Part shown: one piece after another, positions 25,520 to 34,086 of the stretch | Numbering within the stretch: position 1 is the stretch's first letter | Layout of the letters: each line of letters begins with the position of its first letter | Assembly: GCA_018818465.1 (NCBI GenBank) | Contig: JAHIRU010000074.1 | Location: forward strand, 1-35,146 | Direction of reading: 5' to 3' | DNA from: Nanobdellota archaeon | GTDB lineage: Archaea; Aenigmatarchaeota; Aenigmatarchaeia; QMZP01 | Length of the DNA stretch: 35,146 nucleotides | Program-made: the position numbers and the translations under genes | The notes under the pieces: generated by a model | Seen by the model: the letters and a program-made list of their open reading frames with translations, nothing else | The model's database searches: none | Told to the model about the DNA's origin: nothing

Positions 25520-27262
25520 TTAAAGATTTATCATGAATATGAAGGTTCTGTCTTCAGTTTCTATACCGTCTATAGTCTTCAATAAAATAAAGGTTTCCGG
25601 TTTTGATAGAAAGTAATTTATATCGTAATCAAATGATGGATCATTAAGTTGTTTTTCATGAATAACGATATATTTTGTTTTCGGATAAGCTATTCCAAAC
25701 TCCTCCCAAAGTTCTTTTGTTGACCTGTAAGAGAAGTTACCTTTTATTGCTTCTGGTATGAATCTATATTTTGCTGACATATACATGGAATATATATAAT
25801 GATTGTTATTCCAATCCCATCTTGAGAACTCAAACATTTGCAAATGACCATAAGTTGTGATGACGGTGGTAGGCTCTGTTATATATTCTGATAGAAACTC
25901 AGCTGTTTTACTGAAGTCTGCTGTTGTTGGATAAGTCCGATTGGCTTCATACATCTCTTTACTTATTTTTACATTCGGGTCAAAAGTTATCCAAACAGAA
26001 TCAAAAAATGCTGTTTGAAAAATAGAAAAAGCTGTGAAAATAAGGATTGTGGACCAGAAAAACCTTTTCAGGTTTCTTTTAGATCCCCATTTTTCAAAGG
26101 AAGCAAAAATACCATAAACGGAAATTATAACAAAGAAAGGTATCATGTAAATTAAAAATCTAACAAATGATGTTGGTGCTGTTCTTACAACAAAAAAGTA
26201 GAGGAAAAATATTATTGAGAGTAGCATTGTTTTTTCTGCAATTTTATCACCAATCTTTTTCTTTAAACCAAAGTATATTCCTGCGAAGAAAAACGGAACA
26301 AGATAAATTTGATGAAATAAAGCAGACAATGCTCCAACAAGTTTTCCTTGCTCTATTATAGAATATGAAGGAAGCCAAGACAAAATATAATCTATACCAG
26401 TTGCAATTTCCTTTGATCTGCTGCTAGATGCCCATGACCATGTGCTTATGTAAGAATCTAGCAAACCGTTAGCATAAAGTACAAATAATTGAATAAGGAG
26501 AGGCATTAAAACAATTAAGAAAATTATCAGAGCCTTAAGTCTTATCTTTGGATCTTTCCATATCAAATTTATTTTTTTCTCCCACAATAAAACGACAAAA
26601 AATACAGGTATCATTAAAATCATCGCGTGTTTTGACATTATTCCAAGTGCCAGCGAAATCACAAAGAAATACAAGTCATTTTTCTTTTCATACCTCAAAA
26701 ACTTTATGAAAAAATAAACAGATGATACTATGAAAGCAGTTAATAGTATATCAACATAATTTTGATTTGATATGCTGAAGATAATCGCATTAAAACCAAC
26801 CAAAATTGTACACAAAAATGGATACACTTTATTTTTGAAATAAAGTTTTGATAGCTTGAAAACAAAGAACAAAAGCACCATAGATTCAAAGACAGTAGCC
26901 AAATTCGTTGTAAATACCGATACGCCTAAAATCAAAAAAATCAACGCAGAGAACATCATATCCAGCGGCGGATATAATGAAAAAATGCTAAAGAATTTGT
27001 AATGGCTATGATAATCTATTGCAAATTCTTTTATCTCATTAAACGAAATTGTCGGATTTGAAAACCACCAGACTACAAGATTTTTTGTGAAGAGAGCGGA
27101 GCTTGCATGTTGTCCCTGATCCCAATCGCTAAGATTATCAAATCTCATCGTTGCAGTGAACAATAGAAAAAAACATGCCAATATTATGATTAGTATTTTA
27201 CTTTCTTTTGATATCTCTGTTAATTTTAGTTTTGTGAATCTTTCCACAAATCCCAATTTCAT
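25520..27262 (-). CDS. GT-C fold membrane glycosyltransferase, ArnT/PMT_2-like (GT-C b)
   Basis: 580 aa. The first ~420 aa are polytopic. The first loop is acidic (NLSDWDQGQHASSA). It carries an ALGIMSKHAM motif and a soluble C-terminal domain of ~160 aa. Confidence 0.62.
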   Translation of the reverse strand: MKLGFVERFTKLKLTEISKESKILIIILACFFLLFTATMRFDNLSDWDQGQHASSALFTKNLVVWWFSNPTISFNEIKEFAIDYHSHYKFFSIFSLYPPLDMMFSALIFLILGVSVFTTNLATVFESMVLLFFVFKLSKLYFKNKVYPFLCTILVGFNAIIFSISNQNYVDILLTAFIVSSVYFFIKFLRYEKKNDLYFFVISLALGIMSKHAMILMIPVFFVVLLWEKKINLIWKDPKIRLKALIIFLIVLMPLLIQLFVLYANGLLDSYISTWSWASSSRSKEIATGIDYILSWLPSYSIIEQGKLVGALSALFHQIYLVPFFFAGIYFGLKKKIGDKIAEKTMLLSIIFFLYFFVVRTAPTSFVRFLIYMIPFFVIISVYGIFASFEKWGSKRNLKRFFWSTILIFTAFSIFQTAFFDSVWITFDPNVKISKEMYEANRTYPTTADFSKTAEFLSEYITEPTTVITTYGHLQMFEFSRWDWNNNHYIYSMYMSAKYRFIPEAIKGNFSYRSTKELWEEFGIAYPKTKYIVIHEKQLNDPSFDYDINYFLSKPETFILLKTIDGIETEDRTFIFMINL

Positions 27263-27284
27263 AAGATATTAAAAGAGGATATAA

Positions 27285-27294
27285 TATATAAATA
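27285..27294 (-). promoter_or_regulatory. TATA-like box ~27 nt upstream of the GT-C b ATG (start of the 27262->18201 operon)
   Basis: The minus strand reads atttatatat. No SD before ATG at 27262. Confidence 0.35.
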
Positions 27295-27336
27295 TTAAGG
27301 CAAAGCAACAAAAATTATAAATACTCTTTTCTACCG

Positions 27337-27366
27337 AAAAAACCAAACATATGAGAATAACAAAAA
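27337..27366 (-). terminator. oligo-T tracts after the 27390 methyltransferase
   Basis: The minus strand has T5 (27362-27366) and T6 (27337-27342) in the 127-nt gap, upstream of the TATA-like box of the next operon. Confidence 0.3.
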
Positions 27367-27389
27367 TACAAATTATTTATTGTTATACT

Positions 27390-28196
27390 CTAGCGTTTTT
27401 TTCTGAAAAGGAACCAATTGTTCCCCAAACCTTTGACTCTTTTTACATTCAAAAGCTCGAAATAAGGAAAATAATCTTTCATGATATTGCGCATTTCTTC
27501 TACTGTCGCAAATTCATACGGGTAGCCCCCAAGCCAGTCAATCACATCTGTCCTAAAGTTCATGCCCCTTTTTGTTTTGTGATAGTTTCTCACATGTGAG
27601 ACAGGATTTTTAAGCTTGAATGAATAGGCAATCATGTAGGCCGCAATATATGCTGTTTCAATCATATATTTTACTAATTTTGGAGAAGCGTTGTAAAATT
27701 TTTTTATTTTCAGCCATATATATGATCCTTTCAAACCGCCAACCTTATTGTATATGGCTATGTAGTAATAGCCCCCTACCTTTACGCACTTCGCTGAATT
27801 TTTTATGGCATCCAGCATGTTTCCGGTGTGGTGCAAGACACCCCAACTGTAAACAATATCAAATTTACCAAGCTTTTTAACAGTATTGTCATCTAAAATA
27901 GATCCTTCAAAAATCTTCCAGTTGTTTGGGCGTCCAGCGAGTTCATGCATATGATTGCAGCATTTCACAGAAAATTTGTCAACATCAAAGCTAATCACTT
28001 TTTTTGCGCCAAGCCTTTGAGCAGTGAATGAAAACAAGCCGCTTCCGCATCCGATGTCCAAGAAGCTTTTTCCCTTCAAATCACTGATTTTCATGAAATC
28101 AGTTAGCGATTTTTCTGCAAAATCAAACCTGTCTTTATTCAAACTTTTTATGAAGTGACACCAGTTTTTTCCAAAAGAGAACGCCTTTTCGCTCAT
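27390..28196 (-). CDS. class I SAM-dependent methyltransferase
   Basis: 268 aa. Motif I is FLDIGCGSGLFS, followed by VISFDVD and YSWGVLHH, with a C-terminal DVIDWLGGYPYEFA. Confidence 0.85.
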   Translation of the reverse strand: MSEKAFSFGKNWCHFIKSLNKDRFDFAEKSLTDFMKISDLKGKSFLDIGCGSGLFSFTAQRLGAKKVISFDVDKFSVKCCNHMHELAGRPNNWKIFEGSILDDNTVKKLGKFDIVYSWGVLHHTGNMLDAIKNSAKCVKVGGYYYIAIYNKVGGLKGSYIWLKIKKFYNASPKLVKYMIETAYIAAYMIAYSFKLKNPVSHVRNYHKTKRGMNFRTDVIDWLGGYPYEFATVEEMRNIMKDYFPYFELLNVKRVKGLGNNWFLFRKKR

Positions 28197-28210
28197 ATTC
28201 CCCTTAAATA

Positions 28211-28228
28211 CATAATATAATAAAAACT
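28211..28228. promoter_or_regulatory. shared AT-rich TATA-like core of a 48-bp divergent promoter region
   Basis: cataatataataaaaact lies about 23 nt from the minus-strand ATG (28196) and about 29 nt from the plus-strand ATG (28248). Confidence 0.3.
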
Positions 28229-28247
28229 TAAGCTATTAATTAAAGTG

Positions 28248-29576
28248 ATGTTTATGAATTCAGAACAGATTTCCATGGTTGTTGTTTTGATGATAATAGT
28301 AGCTTTATGGCTACCTACAATAGGATACACAGAAACAGATGACAGCGTTGTTTACGCAGAACTTGCACAATCTTTTGCTTCAGGAGAAGGCTATTATGCT
28401 AATGGAGAACCGCATGCGCATCATCTGCCACTTTTCCCGATTATCGCTGCTCCACTGACTTATATTGCTTCACCAATGTTTGCACTGAGATTGGCAAGCC
28501 TGTTATTGGGAATTTTTTCACTTGTTGCCTGGTTTTACCTAAGAAAGGAAATATTTCCAAAAGAAAAAGGACCATATTTTTTATTGTTATTTTTATCACC
28601 AATGTTAGTGCTGTTTACGTTTTTCAGGGGCCTTGCTGAATCCCCAATGATATTATTTTCACTACTTTCTGTACTGTTTATATTGAGAGCAGAAAGGACT
28701 TCGAACAAATACTATTATTATCTTTCAGGAATTTCGTTTGGATTGGCTGCCCTTAGCCGTTATGCAGGAGTTGTTTTGGGAGTTGTTTACATCTTATGGT
28801 TTTTCACAGAAAGAAAGCGCTACAACAAACATTTCATAGCAAGCATGGCTATAGGCTTTTTTATTTTTTCTCTGCTGCTGATAGAAAACTTCCTAGTTTT
28901 CGGGAATCCCATACAATTCCTATCAACATTTGGAGAAGTAACATCTTCATCACTGCCTTTACTTTTCAAGATGCCTTTGCACTTTTTCATATTCCTACCA
29001 GCCATATTGATAATGTCGGGAATACTATTGATACCGTTTGTGATAAAGGGCATTGAAAGAGACAAATCACTCTTCATAATGCTCGTTGTTTTCGGTCTTC
29101 TCTTCGCGTCTCTAGGCAACCTAAGATTTAGGTATGTGGTGCCAATCATACCTTTTGTTTTGATATTAGCATATAACGGGTATACCAAAATAAAGGGAAA
29201 CTGGAGGCATCTGATAGTACTGGGAATACTGCTGAACATTCTTATCACCCCGTACTTCGTCAGCGGCGAATTCAAGGATTTTGCAGACAACATTTACCAG
29301 ACACCAACGCAATGGGGTCAGGCAGGTTTGCGCGGACAGGAAGCAAATAACTGGATAAACAACAACGTTCCAGAAGGATCGATAATAGCTACAAGGCATG
29401 CGGATATATGGTCATCATATTTCAGAGACGATATAAAACTCGTACAGTTAGGAGAAGATTCTGATTATATAATCTATGATCAGGTTTTGCCTGATTCTGA
29501 TTATTATGTACCTTCAGGTTCAGAAGAAGTTTTTTCAACTTCTTATCCAATAACGACCATTTATAGAATAAAGTAG
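28248..29576 (+). CDS. GT-C fold membrane glycosyltransferase, ArnT/PMT_2-like (GT-C c)
   Basis: About 442 aa. The first loop is acidic (YTETDDSVVYAELAQSFASGEGYY). It carries a GLAALSRYAG motif, about 10 helices and a ~100-aa C-terminal soluble domain. The start is ambiguous: GTG 28245 (track), ATG 28248 or ATG 28254. Confidence 0.65.
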   Translation: MFMNSEQISMVVVLMIIVALWLPTIGYTETDDSVVYAELAQSFASGEGYYANGEPHAHHLPLFPIIAAPLTYIASPMFALRLASLLLGIFSLVAWFYLRKEIFPKEKGPYFLLLFLSPMLVLFTFFRGLAESPMILFSLLSVLFILRAERTSNKYYYYLSGISFGLAALSRYAGVVLGVVYILWFFTERKRYNKHFIASMAIGFFIFSLLLIENFLVFGNPIQFLSTFGEVTSSSLPLLFKMPLHFFIFLPAILIMSGILLIPFVIKGIERDKSLFIMLVVFGLLFASLGNLRFRYVVPIIPFVLILAYNGYTKIKGNWRHLIVLGILLNILITPYFVSGEFKDFADNIYQTPTQWGQAGLRGQEANNWINNNVPEGSIIATRHADIWSSYFRDDIKLVQLGEDSDYIIYDQVLPDSDYYVPSGSEEVFSTSYPITTIYRIK

Positions 29577-29586
29577 GAAGAATAAA

Positions 29587-30504
29587 ATGAATAAGAAAAA
29601 CTGGATTCAGATTATTGTCGGTGTTATAATACTGGCTGTTTTTCTTAAATTAATAAATCTGGCAGATTCGCTACACATCGTTTCGCAGGCGATATGGCCA
29701 ATTTTTGTTATAGCAATGCTGACTTCAGTAGTAACCCAGGTATTAAGAGGTTTAAGATTTTACCATATCTCAAGAAGCATAAACGTTGATACAGGAATAA
29801 AGAAAAGCATTCTAGTCCAATTTATGACAAGCTTGGCTGGCATAGCAACGCCAGCCAAAATCGGGGAAGGGGGAAAGATATTGTTTTTCAAAAACAAAAA
29901 CAAACTGACGTTTTCGTTCATCCTGGAAAAAATAGCGGACTTCTCATTGCAATTCCTTATTGGATTTTTAGCCATATTCACGTTCCAAATTTATGTCGAT
30001 CTTTTCTATTTTGTATTGGTGCTATTCATAATCGGAATAATAGCGCTTTTCAAGATAGATAAAATATTGAATTTTGTGCTCAGAAAAAACGAGTTTGAGA
30101 AGGGATGGTTTTTCAATATATTGAAAGGCATAAACAAAAAAAGTTTTTTAATTTTCTCTGTTCTGACATTCCTTTTATGGTTTAACATAAACCTTTCTGT
30201 GTGGGTTTACGCTTTGTCGCTTGGCCTGGTTTTGGATATGTTTTTGCTGTTCCAGATATTCACAGTATCAAACCTTATGGGGACAATTTCAGGGACACCT
30301 GGTGGGATTGGATCCACGCAAATAGTCTTTACTTTCATGATGGTGACCTTTATGGGAGTTTCAAGCTCTCTTGCAGGAGCTGTTGCCATAATTTCTGTAA
30401 TAGGAATATATATCATATATACAATACTAACATTGATTGGATTTTTATTATACAGAAGATTTTTTAAAAAACAGGATTCAGCTCTTCCTGGCAACAATAA
30501 ATAG
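29587..30504 (+). CDS. UPF0104 / MprF-type flippase-like domain membrane protein (c)
   Basis: 305 aa and polytopic. Motifs ATPAKIGEGGK and GTPGGIGSTQ. Confidence 0.68.
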   Translation: MNKKNWIQIIVGVIILAVFLKLINLADSLHIVSQAIWPIFVIAMLTSVVTQVLRGLRFYHISRSINVDTGIKKSILVQFMTSLAGIATPAKIGEGGKILFFKNKNKLTFSFILEKIADFSLQFLIGFLAIFTFQIYVDLFYFVLVLFIIGIIALFKIDKILNFVLRKNEFEKGWFFNILKGINKKSFLIFSVLTFLLWFNINLSVWVYALSLGLVLDMFLLFQIFTVSNLMGTISGTPGGIGSTQIVFTFMMVTFMGVSSSLAGAVAIISVIGIYIIYTILTLIGFLLYRRFFKKQDSALPGNNK

Positions 30505-31119
30505 GTTTTTTTGAAGCATCTTATTCTTGAATAATTTGTCCATTCTGGTCTTGTAGAATATCTTGGCCAAAAAATTAAAAACTGCAACGAATCCCAGGTT
30601 TAGTTTTTTCAGTTCAACAATCTCAAACCCTTCTTTTATTAGCAGGTCTTTTATCCTCTTTTCACTGAAAGACTGGCAGTGTCCCCATTTGTGGAATCTG
30701 GATCCACAGTCAGGACAGGTAACAGTCGATGCTTTCAGATTTTCATCATAGTTTGTCGTGAACACAGCATAACAGTCTGGCTTCAATACCCTGTTTATCT
30801 CTTTCAGGCATTTTTCAAGATCCTGGTCGTTCAGGTGCTCTATTAACTCTGTGCAGAACACAGTATCGAATGCATGATTCTCAAACTGTAAATTTGTGCA
30901 GTCACCTTTTATGACATTACCACCCTTTGGCACAAGGTCTATTGCGGTTGCGTTCACTTTTTTTGCCAGTGCGCCGCTGCCTGCGCCCACATCCAAAATC
31001 CTTTTTCCTATATACTTCCTTGACATCCTTATGACTACATTAGAAACGAGATCTCCACTGAATTCTTCATTATAATCTGACCAGAACCTTTCCTGATCAT
31101 TTTCATGAAATTCCTTCAT
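30478..31119 (-). CDS. class I SAM-dependent methyltransferase with an embedded Cys/His knuckle
   Basis: 213 aa. Motif I is ILDVGAGSGALA. CPDCGSRFHKWGHC is inserted after the core beta-strand VFTT. The 3' end overlaps the convergent UPF0104 c gene by 27 nt. Confidence 0.82.
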   Translation of the reverse strand: MKEFHENDQERFWSDYNEEFSGDLVSNVVIRMSRKYIGKRILDVGAGSGALAKKVNATAIDLVPKGGNVIKGDCTNLQFENHAFDTVFCTELIEHLNDQDLEKCLKEINRVLKPDCYAVFTTNYDENLKASTVTCPDCGSRFHKWGHCQSFSEKRIKDLLIKEGFEIVELKKLNLGFVAVFNFLAKIFYKTRMDKLFKNKMLQKNLFIVARKS

Positions 31120-31205
31120 TTTATCACTATTGGTTTTATATTAAGGATTAATATAAAACTTTTATTATTAATTATTCGCTACATGTTGTTTATAAAGGGG
31201 ATAAT

Positions 31206-32309
31206 ATGCACATATTGATGATAAATCACGAATTCCCCCCTCTTGGAGGAGGCGGAGGAAATGCAAATTATTATATAGCCAGAGAACTTGTGAAACTGGG
31301 GCACAGTGTTGACATAGTTACATCAGGTTTTTCAGGCCTAAAAAGCGAAACAATCAATGGTTTTAAAGTTCATAGAATAAAAACAAAAAGAAAACATGAA
31401 ACTCACGCAACAACATTAGAAATGTTAAGCTTTGTTAAAAATTCCCGCAAATATTGTAAAAAGTTGATGAAAAATAAAAAATATGATATTATTCAATGTT
31501 TCTTTACTCTTCCTGCGGGATTAACAGGATTTCTCCTAACAAAAAAATTCAAAGTTCCCATGGTCATAAGGATGGGCGGATCAGACGTGCCTGGGTATGA
31601 CCCATATCGTTTCAAGCTTCTTTACAAGCTTCTAATACCATTATACAAAAAAGTATGGAGGCGTGCAGACTGTCTTGTAGTCAACAGCCAAAAATTGAAA
31701 GATCTTCTCTTGAAAAGCAAGCAGATGAAAGTTGATATAATATACAATGGTGCTGATTCAGAAGAGCTAAAAGCCAACAGAAAATCAGACGGTAAAACAA
31801 TAATATGTATATCCCGTCTTGTCAAGCGAAAAGGAATAGATTATCTTTTGAGAGCTCTAAAGGATAGAAAGGATTTCCATCTGATTATCATAGGAGACGG
31901 CGAAGAGAGACAAAACTTAGAAAACCTTGCTAATAAATTAGGAATAAACAGCAGAACAGAGTTCATAGGTGCAGTTGAACATAACGGTGTTATAAAATAT
32001 CTAAACAAAGCAGATATATTCGTTCTTCCGTCTTTTGCTGAAGGAATGTCCAACGCACTTTTAGAAGCTATAGCCAACGGACTTCCGGTTATTGTAACAG
32101 ATGTTGGCGGATCAAAAGAGCTTGTGAAAAATAACGGTGTTATAATTCAGCCAGGAAACGAAGAACAGCTCAAAGACGCAATTGAAAAACTCCTCTCAAA
32201 CGAGAAGCTAAGAAAGCAGATGTCAAAAGAAAGCCTGGAAATTGCAAAAAAATTCACATGGCAGAATATAGCAAAAGAATATGAAAACCTTTACAGGGGA
32301 TTGATATAG
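31206..32309 (+). CDS. GT4-family (GT-B fold) glycosyltransferase
   Basis: 367 aa. Shows HEFPPLGGGGGNANYY and the E-x7-E motif EGMSNALLEAIANGLPVIVTDVGG. Confidence 0.85.
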   Translation: MHILMINHEFPPLGGGGGNANYYIARELVKLGHSVDIVTSGFSGLKSETINGFKVHRIKTKRKHETHATTLEMLSFVKNSRKYCKKLMKNKKYDIIQCFFTLPAGLTGFLLTKKFKVPMVIRMGGSDVPGYDPYRFKLLYKLLIPLYKKVWRRADCLVVNSQKLKDLLLKSKQMKVDIIYNGADSEELKANRKSDGKTIICISRLVKRKGIDYLLRALKDRKDFHLIIIGDGEERQNLENLANKLGINSRTEFIGAVEHNGVIKYLNKADIFVLPSFAEGMSNALLEAIANGLPVIVTDVGGSKELVKNNGVIIQPGNEEQLKDAIEKLLSNEKLRKQMSKESLEIAKKFTWQNIAKEYENLYRGLI

Positions 32310-32310
32310 T

Positions 32311-34086
32311 ATGTGTGGAATAATAGGATTCGCTGGATTCATGGACAGAGTACTTTTGAAGAACATGGCAGATGTAATAAGGCATCGCGGACCAGACGAT
32401 CATGGTTATTTTTTTGATAAAAACATCTCTTTAGGCGCAAGACGTCTATCCATTATAGACATCAAAGGCAGCAAACAGCCAATTTACAATGAAAACAAAG
32501 ACATTGTTCTCGTTTTCAATGGTGAAATTTACAACTTCCAGAAGCTCCGTGAGGAGCTTCATCAATTGGGACACAATTTTTCAACAGACGGTGATGGTGA
32601 AGTTATTGTTCATTTATACGAACAGTATGGTGAAGAGTGCGTAACAAAGCTTAATGGAATGTTTGCATTCGCAATCTGGGATGCAAGAAAGAAAAAACTT
32701 TTCATAGCACGTGATCGCTTAGGAATTAAGCCATTGTATTACACTCAGATAGGAAACAGGTTCCTGTTTGGATCTGAGATAAAAAGCATATTGCAGTACA
32801 GGGGATACAAGCCTGACACAGACAGAAACGCATTAAGTGATTATCTAACATTTAGATACGTTCCAGGACCACTGACGATGTTTAAAAACATCTTCAAGCT
32901 TCTTCCATGCCACACGCTTACATATCAAGATGGGAAAGTCGAAACAAAAAAATATTGGTATTTTGCTTTCAATTCCACAAACAAAAGCGAAGATTTCTAT
33001 GTAAAAACACTCAAAAATCTTCTTGAAGATTCAATCAAATCAAGACTAATCAGCGAAGTTCCTCTAGGAGCTTACTTGTCAGGAGGTCTTGACTCAAGTT
33101 TTGTTGTCGGTCTTATGTCAAAGATTTCACAAGAACCAATCAACACATTCACTGTAACTTTTGATGACATAGAATTCAATGAAGCTCCTTATGCAAAAAG
33201 TATTGCAGAGCATTTTAACACAAATCACAGATCGCTTGAGGTGAAACAAAAGAGCATAAACATTCTTCCAAAAGTTATATATCACATGGACGAACCTGTC
33301 TCAGATCCTGCAACAATTCCTACTTACATGATGGCAGAGCTGACAAAGAAGCATGTCACAGTCGTCCTGACAGGAGAGGGGTCTGATGAGCTTTTCGGAG
33401 GTTATCCACAATATCGTGCCGCAATGATAGATAAAAAGTTAGGGCCTTTCAGAAAGATCATACCAAAGCTTACAAAAAATGATTTGATGAAAAGATTCGA
33501 TCAGGATTATACAGACTGGATTTCGATCTTTACAGAAAAAGAAAAGCAAGAACTTCTTAAAGAAAAACCAGAAAAAAATAACACTGTTATACAAAGGCCT
33601 TATGATTTAAATCAGCTTCTCTATTTCGATATAAAGCAATGGCTTCCTGATGATCTTCTCACAAAAGTAGACAAGACAACAATGGCTCATTCTGTCGAAG
33701 CGCGTGTGCCTTTTCTTGACCACATAATGGTTGAGTTTGCAGGAACAGTACCGCCAAAATATAAGACAGGCATGCGCCAGGAAAAGATTATAATCCGCAA
33801 AGCAATGCAAGGAATCGTGCCAAAGGAAACAATTAACAGAAAGAAGCAGGGATTCCATGTACCGATAGAGAAATGGTTCCAGGGAGAGCTGAAAGAAGTC
33901 GCACAGAACATGCTATCAGAGAGTGTCATAGAGAAGCGCGGATACTTCCAATATCCGTATGTGAAATCATTGTTAAACAAGTTTGACAGCTCACCAAAGT
34001 ACTACAGCAGACAGTTATGGAATTTATTCAATTTAGAGTTGTGGCATAGAATTTTCATCGATCAAGAAAAACAAAAGAAAATTTAA
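32311..34086 (+). CDS. asparagine synthase (glutamine-hydrolysing) family amidotransferase, AsnB-like
   Basis: 591 aa. It has the N-terminal nucleophile MCGIIGF and the PP-loop SGGLDSS. It starts 1 nt after the GT4 stop. Confidence 0.88.
   Translation: MCGIIGFAGFMDRVLLKNMADVIRHRGPDDHGYFFDKNISLGARRLSIIDIKGSKQPIYNENKDIVLVFNGEIYNFQKLREELHQLGHNFSTDGDGEVIVHLYEQYGEECVTKLNGMFAFAIWDARKKKLFIARDRLGIKPLYYTQIGNRFLFGSEIKSILQYRGYKPDTDRNALSDYLTFRYVPGPLTMFKNIFKLLPCHTLTYQDGKVETKKYWYFAFNSTNKSEDFYVKTLKNLLEDSIKSRLISEVPLGAYLSGGLDSSFVVGLMSKISQEPINTFTVTFDDIEFNEAPYAKSIAEHFNTNHRSLEVKQKSINILPKVIYHMDEPVSDPATIPTYMMAELTKKHVTVVLTGEGSDELFGGYPQYRAAMIDKKLGPFRKIIPKLTKNDLMKRFDQDYTDWISIFTEKEKQELLKEKPEKNNTVIQRPYDLNQLLYFDIKQWLPDDLLTKVDKTTMAHSVEARVPFLDHIMVEFAGTVPPKYKTGMRQEKIIIRKAMQGIVPKETINRKKQGFHVPIEKWFQGELKEVAQNMLSESVIEKRGYFQYPYVKSLLNKFDSSPKYYSRQLWNLFNLELWHRIFIDQEKQKKI

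Noticed and set aside
3350-28247. Non-ATG starts used by the track for four genes (TTG 3350, TTG 4218, GTG 15391, GTG 28245)
   Set aside because: In each case an ATG lies 1-3 codons downstream (3359, 4224, 15400, 28248), with equal or better context. I list the ATG starts, but the true start is unresolved without N-terminal or TSS data.
647-33980. The many 60-160-aa ORFs in the track that lie inside or antisense to long CDSs (for example 647-898, 2028-2315, 5019-5426, 6466-6936, 8624-9034, 9251-9700, 15711-16073, 19606-20070, 28820-29293, 30207-30587, 33687-33980)
   Set aside because: Each is fully nested in a long ORF that carries clear family motifs. Their translations are low-complexity, Ser/Phe/Leu/Ile-rich sequences typical of off-frame reading of AT-rich coding DNA. 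None has its own promoter-like or SD context that I could see.
6327-34086. Peptidoglycan or pseudomurein synthesis reading, based on FemAB-like + Asp racemase + AsnB + CE4 deacetylase
   Set aside because: No Mur-type ligases, MraY-type translocase, transpeptidase or pseudomurein peptide ligases are in the window. The remaining gene content points to polyprenyl-phosphate sugar chemistry.
25520-34086. Apparent GC mosaic as evidence of horizontal patchwork. Spot counts of 60-nt lines gave about 45-53% in parts of GT-C c and AsnB and about 22-33% in GT-C a and GT-C b.
   Set aside because: These are a few hand-counted lines only, and variation within one gene was as large as variation between genes. 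The richer stretches coincide with conserved Gly/Ala/Arg/Pro-rich catalytic motifs, and the poorer ones with Phe/Ile/Lys/Asn-rich membrane segments. Amino-acid composition explains the pattern without invoking transfer. A sliding-window GC and codon-position (GC3) analysis would settle it.
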